64,000 nucleotides of DNA from assembly GCA_013115145.1 (NCBI GenBank), contig JAAPAO010000050.1, forward strand, positions 1 through 64,000. The letters run 5' to 3'. Of this stretch, positions 13,430 to 25,800 are shown in pieces. The position numbers were made by a program, and so were the translations under genes. The stretch is from Perkinsus chesapeaki ATCC PRA-425 (taxonomy: Eukaryota; Protista; Perkinsozoa). The notes beneath the pieces are model-generated. The model saw nothing but the letters and a program-made list of their open reading frames with translations, had not been told where the DNA came from and did not search any database. The stretch's first letter is position 1; each line of letters begins with the position of its first letter.

Positions 13430-14794
13430 CCAGGCGCTTGAACAATGGGGAGCCTACCAAACAGTAGCGGCACTGCACAGCTCGTGAACCGCTGTAGAGT
13501 CTCTGTATCACAGTCTACAATGTATGCTCGGTAGTATTCTGCTTGCTGTTTGCCCTATCACGTCTGCTTAGTAGGATATACAATTTGTGCGGAGAACAGC
13601 CGAGCGCATTGCGGGGAAAGTGCATGGTTCTGTGTGACTCGATACTCAGACCGGATCTAATAGATCCTCTACCTCGGGCGAGTGCACTGCGGTGCAAATT
13701 ATCGTGGCTCTCTAAAGTTTAGCTGCTAAACGGAGCCACGGCAGCTCATCGAGTGTTGCGAAAAAGTAACTATCCCTTTAGATTTTGTGCTGCGTGTAAA
13801 TTCTCGAGCGGAACAGGCACTATTCGTTAGCTAGAGCAACGATCTCTCTATTGATGTGTTGAACTGTTGAATTTGGATTGCTGTTGAAAAAAGGAGCCCC
13901 TCTAGCGATATTTAACGTCATCCTATCGCTGCTCTGTCGGGAGAGTAGTAGGCTTTGCCTTTCCATTATCATCGTAATCCAGCAAAGTTCCAATGGAAGC
14001 GCCTGTTTTCGTGCAGCTCCCTTCAGCTCATCTCTCCTTAGCGGAGCTAATCTTTCAACTGAGCAACATTCAGCTGCAACGCAGCTCGCTTCGGGGTCAT
14101 TTGCTGCATTATTTGAGCTCGAGCTTCCAAGGGAGCTTCCTCCTATTCATATCGTCATGCTACCAGGTGGTATTCGGTTCCTCGAGCCTGTTTAGATCGG
14201 CAGTTTACGGTGCTAAGAGCAAGGTTAAACGTTCTCACAGTGACGCAGGGTAACTATTTAGCGAACTTCGACGCATAACCTTTTTGATTGTCGACCCATA
14301 ATGAGGGCCCCTCGTAATCACTTGCTTCCGCGAGCTTCTGAGTAGCTCCTGATGGATTGTTATCGCTCATATAGCCACAATGCCTTGTCATGTGTTGGAG
14401 CACGTAGTAAGGACGAGTTCCGATTGGGGTTCTCCTGCCGCACGTTTACCTCGACTAGCAGGAGAACGCGGAGCCTCTTCCGCTAGTGCAACCTGATCAA
14501 TTGTGCTTGAATCAAGCATCTTGATAGTAGAGTCCTGGCTTTTAGTCCGGACAGAGAATTCTACGATCGTGATTTTATCCTTAGCTGTCTCGTCTCACAC
14601 TTGCGTTTGACAAGCGACTCTTATCATCCTCAAATTAGAAGTCCATGTCCTTTAACCAAGTGTGATATTAAGTCGTATCGCGGTGGCTACAACACTGCGC
14701 CCTCAGTATGGCTTGGATTGAAAGTTCTTTCATCCAAAGATGGGCCGAGTTCGTGTTCGCATCTTCTTTTAGTTCAGCTTTACCCTAGCACGGT

Positions 14795-15277
14795 ATGCCT
14801 TCTGCGTTTCTCGCTATCCTGCTGGTCTCAGTCTTATCGACTGTGGAGGCCATTTACGATCAAAGAGTCTTTCGTGGATTCATTAATGATCCCAGACTGA
14901 CCGGGACCCAGTCAGTTTATTTTACTTTGGTGTTCCGTCCGGACGACAGAGTGTCACTCGAAGTCTTTGTTGGTCAATCGCACCCTTACATTGTGAATCT
15001 GGGTTACTTGCGTGGGACTGCTTTCCAGAACTACATCGAGATATTCTGGGATTCGGTTGAAGCACGAGACCAGCGACTTGATATCCTCCATGCGATACAA
15101 GACGCCCTAGAAGCGGCCGGAGGCACTTTATATGTAAATCCCCCAGCTGCATTAGCCAGGCTTTCAATCATCAACGAAGTTTCGTTGTCGCTTCATATCA
15201 CTCCTGAATATGAAGTGGTATTGGGGGAACGACCGGAGGCGGCGACGGCTGCGTGGTATTGTGGTCTGCCCAAGTAA
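14795..15277 (+). CDS. Intronless secreted hypothetical protein, 160 aa
   Basis: Clean ATG-to-stop ORF with classic signal peptide MPSAFLAILLVSVLSTVEA; no family recognised. Confidence 0.7.
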   Translation: MPSAFLAILLVSVLSTVEAIYDQRVFRGFINDPRLTGTQSVYFTLVFRPDDRVSLEVFVGQSHPYIVNLGYLRGTAFQNYIEIFWDSVEARDQRLDILHAIQDALEAAGGTLYVNPPAALARLSIINEVSLSLHITPEYEVVLGERPEAATAAWYCGLPK

Positions 15278-15525
15278 AGTACTCGTGAAGGTCGTGAAGC
15301 TCTTTGCCATCATTTCGCTCTTCAAGGGTTCTTGACTACTGCCAGCACTGCAGTAGAAGTTGTAGGATTGTATCCCTGTATTCGAGCACCGACAGTGGCT
15401 CCCTCTTCGGAAAAATGCTTCAAGTCAATCTCATTTTGTAGGGGAGAGTGGACCGGTCGTATCTCTACTTGTTGCATAATCCGTTGATATCACCGCCTCG
15501 TGTTTGTCAATTCAAATGCAGCCTG

Positions 15526-15591
15526 CTGGTTACTAACCAGTACAATGAACTAGGCAGTATTACTAACCAGTGGTTAGCAATACTGCCTAGT
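15526..15591. repeat. Pair of palindromes with 1-nt centres (7-bp arms; 21-bp arms with one mismatch)
   Basis: CTGGTTA-C-TAACCAG (15526-15540), 8-nt gap, ACTAGGCAGTATTACTAACCA-G-TGGTTAGCAATACTGCCTAGT (15549-15591). Confidence 0.9.
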
Positions 15592-16813
15592 GAATACCGA
15601 CTCAGAATGAACTTCATCCGCATTGGACGATCCACTATACCGGGAGTACTAGTTCATTGGGCTAGTTGAGGGTTCGACGAAGTCTATAAGGCCAACTGCG
15701 ACCCTGCATTGAATGCAGTGCATTCTTATCTTGCTGCACAATTTGCGGTGTCGACACCTATCTTTGTTGGTATGCTCATTGCCAGCCAGCAGCCCAATCG
15801 ATTATCTTGAAGCAGAAGGTGAGTGAGCCTATATTCATCTGGGCTCCTTAGGCTATTGTCAACGTCAACTTCACGGCGTAAAACCCTACTCGGTAGTTAG
15901 ATATGAACTTATTAACCTCCGGCGAATCAATTCTCTCGTCGACATGAATCAACTGGGTGAAATCCTAATCACTTTGCCAGTGCAGTGTAGTTCTGGCCAA
16001 GTCACGACATCTCGGTGGTTCTATGTCGGCGGTCGACACCATGGAACGTGTCAGTGAGAACCGTGCCTTTATGTAGATATAAACCCTCTTCTAAGGGAGG
16101 GTTCCCTCAAGAGATAGTTTCCTTCTTTGTACGTGAAAGTGTTCGTTGTTGCGGTGGATTGGACTCATTCCATTGATGTTTCCTTTCGCAACATTTTCTT
16201 TATCAAGACTCCAGTGGTATCTCCTCTTCAAAAACACTTTTGGATCGCCGAGGAACAACTTTCCGTCGGGCTGGAGAGTCAATGACCGGACTCCCTTCAT
16301 GCTGACCGTGACTTATAAACGATATTATCAACTACGAACTGCTAGTCGGAGAATCAAGAGCCAGGTTCAAAGTCATTTTGCAAACGCGAATTCGGAAGTC
16401 TATGAGATCTTTGCGATCTGCAAAATATCTCAGGCCGAGCAAATAAGCCCAACTTGATTGGCAGCAGCGAAAGGAGACGACGCTGTGTAGCATCAATAAG
16501 TCTGTTTCTTGCCTGATCATTGATACTCATTTAATTGGCTTGCCAATGGCGAGTGAGAGCAAGTGTTAGCGGTTGTGTGTTTCTATACAGACTTTATTCG
16601 TTTAACATAGAACTCAATATCACATATTTTACCAAGGTAAAAATATAACGACCATTCCACCTCTTTGAAGCTACAAAGGAAACATAAAAGACTATACGTT
16701 GTGTCATCACAATGACGGCCACGGCGGCAACACACAAGCTTCCTCTGGATAGCTTCCGCGTCACTCGAATGTCGACTACGCCAACACGTCTTCGCGATCT
16801 GCAATTGTAGCTC

Positions 16814-19800
16814 CTAAAAGAGATCGATTGATGAAGTACAATCTTTAGCTGTCTGAATACCTTCGCGCTGATCGGCTGCGAGCGAGGTCGTAGAGGGCGC
16901 GAGCGACTCGGCGAAGTTCAAGTGATGGGACCGACGATGGAATTCGTGATAGAATTCGATAGGGTTATCAACGACCAGCTTGTAGTCCATGTCCTGCTTG
17001 TGCCTGATGGGGACAGAAATTGTGTCGTGGGAAAACCGAGCAGCTTACTTGATGCCCATGAAATTGTAGTTCCATATTCCTCCCTCGGGGACGATCCAGA
17101 AGCCCAGGAAACTGTCAGTGAGCAGCATTTGAACCTGACAAGATCCACTAGAGTCGATACTTCGAGTTGACTTTCTCCTTACCTTCTCCGCGTGGGTAGG
17201 AAGATACCCAGTCGGGTTGGTGGTGGCCTGCTGGATTTGACTGATGTTCTCCTTTGCCCACTTGTAGCCTGGAGGGGTCAGCCTGAGCAAGAATGATAGT
17301 ACTGAACTCTCAGATTAAGGGGAACGAAAATATGGTATAATACATCGACGTAAAATAATACGACATCATCATTACGAACCAGTGGAAGTGAAAATATTTA
17401 TCAACAAATGTTGTTAAATGAAGCTCTTACCTGTAGGCAGTAAGCGAGCAGGAACCAGGTGTGAAGGCACAGGTCATCGCCACACAAGTGTCAACAGACC
17501 ACAGACGCGTGCCGCCACTACTCCCCGATTTGTGATGGTCAGTGTGGATCATCTTAGCCGTCATAACACAGTCGTATCTGAAAGCCGAGCATACATGAGA
17601 TGAATCTTAGGTTGAAGCGTACGGGCTGAGACTTTGCTCTTCATGTGGGCAAGTGTGGAGCCATCCTAGAGGCTCGAGATCATTCAAGTAGTCATGATGA
17701 GGCAAAGCATTGGGGAGGGTCACAGTTTGATGGTTACCCACTTGCGGAACCTGACGGTAAAGTTATTTCATATTTATCGATTACGAATGCTGTCTTACCA
17801 TGACCAGACAACGAACCTCCTTAACACTCGGATTGTCAGGTGGGCTCACACCATACATGTAGGCAGCGATTTCGGTACGAAGATCCGCAATGGTGATGAA
17901 CTGCTTCAGCACATTCTTCGGCAGAACGTACGTGTAGCCGGCCTCGTTGACGTCGTCGGATGCAACGTAGATATGATTGGTTCTCAATGCCAGAGAAGTA
18001 CTCGATATAGCTCTCACTCTCCATTCGGTCTTGGATGCGAACGTCGCTTGCTCATATGGAGATTGCGTCGCCACATTCATCTCGTCACCATGTACATTAG
18101 TGGTCTTGGTCATCACCGACGTCACCTGTGTGCTGCCTTCGGTGCTGGCGTTGAGCTGGGATCCTTGCCGCTCTATATCCTCAATCTGCTGGCGTTGAAG
18201 ACTCACTGGTGCGATCTCCATACCCAAAATGATATCGCGAATCTCAGATTGAGTTAGAGACATGACGTTCACATTGTTCCTCTTGCCGTAGTCGAGGAGG
18301 ATCATATCCTTCAGATCGTTCTCAACCTTAACCCACTGGTCGTCACTCAGCGTCGGCCAGACGTGGTGACTCTGAGTTTGAACGGTCTTGTCCGGACGGA
18401 GGACCACCTTGGCGCGATCGGGGTTCACGTGAAGAGCTCTCAGAATCAGAATCTAAAAAGACAAAATTACCTCGAAAATTATGCTTTTTCTTACGAGTCG
18501 GGAGAAGGCCGTGTAGCCAGAACAAGTCTTGAGCCAATCATCGTAGAGATTGAAGAGGACCATGTCGGGCTTGGTGGCCTTGAGAATGAGATCTCCGAAC
18601 TTCTCAATCTTCATCAGCGCTTGGAACGGCAACTGCAGCTCAGAGCCCTTAATGACGATATTGGGGAAATCGAGCAGATGCACCTCGAGAGGATCCAGCA
18701 TACCCTTACGAGTCACGATGATCTGCTTTGGCTGCTCCTCAACAGGAAGGGACCGAATCAAGGCGGCAACCTCTTCAGCGGTCTTCCATTTGGCAAGTTG
18801 ACTCAGACGTTTCTGGCCCGCCCAAACGCTGGTGTGGATGATCTTGAGGAACAACTGCCCAGTTCTGGGGTTGAAGATAAAGATGGCACCATTGACCGGC
18901 TTGGTGGTGAGATTGCCCTCGAAGGTCTTATGGATGGTGACACGATAAACATTGGTGTCATCAACAAACCAGATAATCTGAGACGAGAATAACTCCGTGT
19001 AGTTCTGAGAGTTCAGATAGGGCTCGGTCGGCTCACTGCTGTAGAGCTGAAGACCCTTGCGAATTCGCTCTCTCAACACATAAAGAGCCGGATTCGATTT
19101 CATGATCTTGTTCATGGCCTTTTGTACCAGCGGTTTGCCACCAGGAATCCAGTTGCCGAATCCAGAATGCATCGAATAGGCCAGATCGATCGCCAGGAGG
19201 CATCCAGTCGGTGAGGGATAGATGGACATGTTATCGGTGGTGTAATCCAGGAACTTCGCTCGAGCATATCTTTCGATGTCATGGGAATCATAGTCTCCCC
19301 ATCTGAGCTGAATATCTAACCAGTACTTAGTGGTCTTCGTCTGGGCGTCGAAATTGTCCCTCGGTTCGGTCAGCAATGACGGCTTCGAGACGTTCCACTT
19401 GTAGCTGGCGAAAAGGAGGATATCGGCACAGGAGGAGTTCATCTTGTAGGATTTCCTGGGATGGATTGTCTCCTTTTGGACGGTGTCGATCTCGAGGGCA
19501 TCCAGCTCCTGGTCAAACACCTGGCACATATCCATCACGATGGATTCGTGAATCTTCTGCCAAAGATGCGCCCTGAAGATCTGGATCAAAGATATTTTCA
19601 AGGTCGGAATCTTGCCGTGCATAAAGATACCAGTAAGATCAAGTTGCACCTGGAATCCAACATAGACGTTGGCTCTGTTGATAGTAGGGCTCCACCATAG
19701 AGTAAACCTTCTGTTGGGGATCTGATTCAGACCGGACTTCTGAGCATTGGTAAGCTTCTTGAATCTCATCGACTCCTCAAATCCGCTCGCCTTCTCCCAG

Positions 19801-22800
19801 AACAGACCTTCCCAAGTCGGGAAATACGTACCCTTGAACAGTGTGTGCTCCAAGATACCCTCAACACCACCGAGAGCTTGAATCATATCAGTTCGATAAT
19901 TATTAAGATTCCACAACTTGCCATCGTGCCTCTGATGTGTCCACCAGAACGGATTGTTTCTGTTAACATGGTATTGCTTGAACTCCATTCTCACCCGCCA
20001 TCCCTTATCATAGGCCAGCGTATGCCGCTCCTTCTGGAACAGAGTGTTGATTCTCGGAATGCCTCGGTCCCAGGCATCCTCCAGATCCTCCAGAGTCAAC
20101 CGTCTGTTCTGAGCTTGAGCTTCTTGCCTCTTCAAAGCGTACTCGGCCCACACTCGCTGGGAATCCAGGAACTCACTCTCCCACGATTGGATATATCGAT
20201 ACAGATTCGGGATCAGTTGATCCGAGTCGTGGGACATACCCGCACGGAAGTGTGTTATGCCACCATCAGTCTGCCGACTGACCCTGAGATCGCTTTGGGG
20301 GATGAGGATGTGCCCCATGGACAGCATCCCCAGACCACCGAGCTCCTTGGGAGTGTAAAAGACCACAGGAGGGAATCTACTGGGCATCTTGGAGTTAAGA
20401 CCGATCTTGATTCTCGTCTGAATCTTGTTCTCGCACTTCACCAGAAGGTCCAAAAGATTCTCAGTGTGAATGACAGCTTCACGGTAGTACGTCATCAGTC
20501 CTGAAGAGCAGGAACATTTCAGCGGCAGAAAAATTTTAAAAATACGAGAACAAAAGATTTCCGAGCTTGAGCTTTGAATCAACGAATATCTGCAGTAACA
20601 GATAGATGTTCCTCGCCCACAGAGACACGAGGGAGATCTAGCGGTGTCCGCATATGCAAAGTGCGAGACTAACCCTGCCGGGATTCGAACCTGGGTGGTC
20701 AGATCGGGAGTCCAGCGTACTGACCAGCTACACCAACAAATAGGAAATGTGAAACGCATTCCTACTACTGGGGACAGCTGCTGCAACTCACTGTATGATC
20801 TTCTTGCACTCAAGCGACGCTGAATTCAGACTACTGTTAGAGTAAGCGTGAAGCTGACACCAGATGGAAACCACCAACGCCCTTTCTCTACCAATTTTCC
20901 CCCCACTCTTGCCGGGGCTTACCGATCAGACAGGTATTCCACTTATTAGCGATCTTGGTAAACGTCACACTTCCAGATGCCATCAGCACTTGCCTTACTC
21001 TATTCTCGAACTTCTTCATACCATCATCATCAACCCGCAAGTAAGCCGTAGCTGTCAGCTCCTTATTTCGCTCGTTCTGGAGCTTCCAACATGCCTCACC
21101 GTGACCAGTCGAACCCAGACCACCGGCGTCCAGGGTCATCTGCTGGCGAATCTTCGGCAGAATTCTGACCTCAAATCCGCACATGTTGAAGAGTAGATTC
21201 GGATTGTCTTTGGAATAGACGCTCACGAATGACGTATCCCAATCCATGGTCGCTAGGGATCTCGGCAGTCGGTTCTGGATCTCCCAAAAGACCGCGCGCC
21301 CCAGATTGACGTCATGCTTGATTCGCCTCATCCTGCAATCTCGCGGCCAGCATTTCTTATTGTTGTAACCGACAATGTTCTCATTGTTAGGATCTGGATT
21401 CTCAGTGAGGAATCGCTGGATGAGATCTTTGGCTTCGTCATCGGTGAAGCGGAATAGGATATGGACCTGAAATAACAATACATCTTGGTGAACATGAAGG
21501 AATGGAGAATTTACACAGTAGTAATCTCATGGCTTTTTCAAGAAAGATAATATATATTTTTATCCTGTACGTTTCCTCGACCAATGAGACTTATCCTTCC
21601 CCTTCCGATAACTAGCCGACTTCAAGTCTAGTGATTATGAGATGAGGAGATACTACTACTCATAATAAACCGATGAAGAGGGCCAATAACAACGACTGCT
21701 TGCCAAGAAGCAATATAATTTATGTAATCGTCATATCGTATCATTTATTAAATTATTTTTGTATTACGTTTCAAACGGCTACTTTTGCCGACGAGCACTA
21801 GACGTATCAAGGACACTACTTAGTAGTATAAATAAGATTCTTCGCAACTGCTGCAAGTAGCCTACTTTTCCCAACCCTATCTACCTGGTCAACATACCGA
21901 CAGTACAGTCGAATAGGATGACGTTGCTCGGTCGCCAAATCCGTGAACTGCATGAACTCATTCGGCATTCTAGGAGGTCCGGCGATGTCCGATGCCCTCG
22001 TAAGACCGAGAACCAGTAGATCCACCACCAACGCATAGTACCTAATTTCGTGGCGCAGTGACGGAGAGGCTTCTCTCTTCGAGACTTACTGGAATACGAA
22101 ACTGGAGAACTGAAGGCCTCGAATGATACCATAACCGTTGATATGATTCATATCCTTGAAATTAATGTTAACGTTGTTTTTACCACTCATATAGTCGGCA
22201 ATGTTATGATCGACAATGAGACGAAGAAGACGATTCAGCAGAGTGAGGTCGATCTTCTCGGCCAGCTTGGAGTATTGTGTTGTTACCTGAAAGGAAGAGG
22301 AACAACGTAAACAAACGGGATGAGACGAAGTCGAGGAACATATCTTAGCTTGAAGCGCGGCAATAACCCTGGCAAATGGCCGAAAAGAAACGCTATAGAA
22401 AGACAGCCGAGAAACACCACTGGCTTAATCGGCATTATGAAGCACCACTGATACACGAAGCCACAATGGTGCCCAGTTATTACCATCACAAGAGTCTCAT
22501 TATTGGACGTATCCCACACGTTAGTCATATTATTGACACCGCAACAGACCTTATAGACCAGCAGCGGTGGAGGCTCGGAGTCGGCTGGCTTTACCCAGTT
22601 AGGGAATAACATACGTTGATCGGCCTGAAATAGGGAATATTTCTACAACCGTTAGAGTCGCCGAGCATGACCCGATTTTGAAAAGGTGCCCCAACAGCAG
22701 ATGACGTAGATCAGGTCGAGGCGGCGGAGGACACAGTATAACACTTTATATGGTCGGAAGACAACCGTGAGAACGCACTGTGACTTTTGTCGTATACATT

Positions 22801-25800
22801 CAACCGAAAAATTTCATAAATTTATACAGAAGACCCTTCAAGTCGAAAGCCGTCATATAATTATCAGGAACTTATAAAATTGATTATACGGAGGAAATTT
22901 ATGGATTAACGATTGAATAATTATGAGTATCTAGAAAATTCAGGATTTTCCGAACAGACTAATGTCGTTCGCATCTTTCTCACTTCAAGCCAAAGATACT
23001 GATCCAAATAAGCATCGGTGATCTTCTCGAGAGGATCGATATCGTATATTGGGACCAAATAAAGGTATTGGTCATTGAACTCGATGGACACCTCCTTGAA
23101 CGCTCTCATAGTCAGCAAATGCCGCTTAATTCGAGACAAAGCTTCATGAGGATTGTCGTAAGCTTGCTCGATCAAAGACAGCTCCTCCCTGAAAATAATA
23201 ATTTCCTGGCGCGCAAGAAATTCCTCTCCTCACCTCTGAGTCTGATTAAGCCTCGCCTTCGCAGCATAATTCTCCTTCAGTCTTTCCAAGGCCAAGATGA
23301 GCAGCTTCGTATCATGCTTGTAGTTCAGTGGAGGGAACGGTATGGGCGAGAACTTCCTCGATTCCAACCAGTGCACCGTATTAGTGTAGATCGCAACGCC
23401 ATCCTCACCGCTGATATACGGACCGTCCTTTCGGTAAGCATGCTGCCTCTCTTGCTCATTCTTCAACCACAACCTCGTAAGTCGGCCAAGATTCTTCTTG
23501 CAAAGAGTCTTATCAACCGTAGCTCCGCGCTTGATCCTCTCACGGTTATAATAGGTCGAATTTGTCCACCAATCTGCTTTCGCCTTCACATACTTCAGGA
23601 TCATATTTTCTATCGGCGCCGCCAACCCAGGCACTTTCCACGGCACATTTGCCTTCCAACACCTCCAGGCTTCGGACAAATGCTGAAGAATGGTTCTGGC
23701 CTTATTAGCCTTCACGCTCTCGGGCATCATGTCCAGGATATCATGCATTACGGCAGCCCTCAACTCCAAATCAAAGTGAGCTTCGACCCTCTGCTTGGTC
23801 ACGGTCTTGGCGATGCCCTTCGTAACACGACCTTCAAACTGCCTTGCAAGTAGATTCGACAACCACCTCTCCAATAGAGGAACAATGCCTCTCAGGAAGA
23901 ACAACCAGACACGCCACATCGGCGCCCAGAACCCACAACCAGGGCCCTTGCCGACCGCACCAGAATTAAAGCGGTAGTAAATCAGATGCTTAAGATCCTT
24001 GCACATCCTCACCTGCCTCATCAACCTGTACTTGTAACGGTACATACCCGTAAGCTGGCCCACATGGGAGAAGATGTACTGGAGGCCATCCGCGAGCTGG
24101 AAACCGTCAATGTTGCCGAGACGGTACTGCACATTCGAATCCACCACCAACTTGGTTAGTCTCAAGATTTCTCGGCACAGGTGGAAAGCGTTACCAAATC
24201 TCGACTTCTTCCTCTCCTTTGTGGTAAGTGTCTTGATTGGCTTGAGGTTGAAGTTGTAATCCAAATGCAAGTATGAAAGATTCTTCCTCTGGATCAACAA
24301 CGATAGCATATTATATCCTTGCCGGCAGACCTGCAGACCGACCTCAACCCAGTCCAGCTGAGTCCGGTTGAAGAACTTCAGCTTGTGGCACTCGGCGATC
24401 AAATTTCGCTTCTTCAGCGACTTCGGCGGTCGATTATGCAACGAGTTGAGGACCCAGCATTTGAGCAATTTCTGGTAGCTAACTCGAACCTTCACCGGAT
24501 ACTCCGGTGGACAGTGCTCCTTGAACCATTCGCTGACCAACGGAATATCTTGTGCTCGACGAGTGCGACCAGAACGCTTGTTGAAGGGGTGGGGCGCCCA
24601 CAGCAAATCGATACCAGAGGCGGTATCATCGGTGAAGAGGGGAGTTGTGCTCAGGAAAGGATCAACGCCTTGAGGCATGAACACGTCCGAGATATCATAC
24701 CTGAGAGAGATGATGCGATAGGAGAAGGACTAGAGTTCCACTTTTAAAAATATCCAAGACCAACAACAGGCACACAGGAGCCCACTCTCACGAATCTAAT
24801 AACGAGCGCTGCGATATATGACACCATACAGTCCCAAAACTGCCGATCGGCGCAATTCGACATGGGAAGAAGCGGGTCATGTAAATTGCCAAGGTTGTGG
24901 TGGAAGACCCCACTGTATTGGTGGTGGGAAAGCCAGAAGGCTCGTAAAATTAACAAATATCAGAAAGAAGACACCGAGTCATGTGAAGTATATCGAACAA
25001 GTAGTCCAATCATGATCTAGATTTTCCCTCCCTTCTTCTTACTCTCCCTCATCCTCATCTTCAACATCATCAAACATCTTATCATCATCACCCTCATCAG
25101 CCTTTTGCATCGGCAAAGGGTTAATAACCGGATCATATACGTACGGTGGCAGATCGGGATCATCTTGCTTCACATAGCAACAATGCGGGGCATGATACTT
25201 AGTAGTATACACCGATCGCGGTCGAGAGTTGTAGAGGAAGGGGAAGGCGATACGGTATTCGGTCCTGAAGGTGAAAAATAAAACGATGACAAACGAGGCG
25301 AAAAGCTGCCTTACCGAACTTGGTTACGAATAATGATCTTGTTTATATCGTTGAATTCATTCCAATCTTCATCCTCTTCATACATGTCCCTGTACAGGGG
25401 TTCGAACTTGGGACCTCCTGGAATGGCCATGTTGAGCGCCTTGGCGGTTTTGAAGGCCTGACAAAAGTAGGGGACACTTCGTGTCACAGATCCTCTCCAG
25501 CCCACTCTACAATAGAAACCTTAATATGAAATATTTTACTAGTGCGGAGAACCACATTACGAAAACATGTTATGAGTGCGGATGAGGTATGATATGGAAT
25601 CTGCTACTAGTGCGAAGCAGGACTACTCATCGTAAAATACAGCAGATTTATACTGCACGACGATTAAGAAACCCCTACAAGATCTCCGTTGCACAAAAAC
25701 TGTCCCCTCTTACTTCCAAATCAAACAAGTAGAAGTAGTTCCTATCAACAAGATCTGATATAAGCTGTCCAGCCAATCGATACAGCACCGACATCTGGGC

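Noticed and set aside
13653-13667. Isolated 6-7 bp-arm palindromes (also 10923-10935, 31563-31577, 37223-37234)
   Set aside because: Arms this short are expected several times by chance in 64 kb.
10300-14500. Possible retroelement remnants among short ORFs in 10.3-12.1 kb and 13.0-14.5 kb
   Set aside because: No RT, RNase H, integrase or transposase motifs recognised by eye; needs tBLASTx against a repeat library.
18528-18537. TTGGCTCAAG (and CTGGCTCAAG at 36855-36864) matching the 3' end of the perkinsid spliced leader
   Set aside because: Only 10 nt, inside coding exons, without the ACCGTAGCCATC part; no SL RNA gene or relict leader found.
19770-19810. Possible PRP8 intein at the known insertion site
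   Set aside because: The sequence reads continuously [13 protein letters not shown] with no insertion.
16922-24747. Plus-strand ORFs such as 16922-17170, 17694-18257, 18363-18992, 19845-20504 and 23068-23853
   Set aside because: Antisense shadows of PRP8 exons; no independent motifs.
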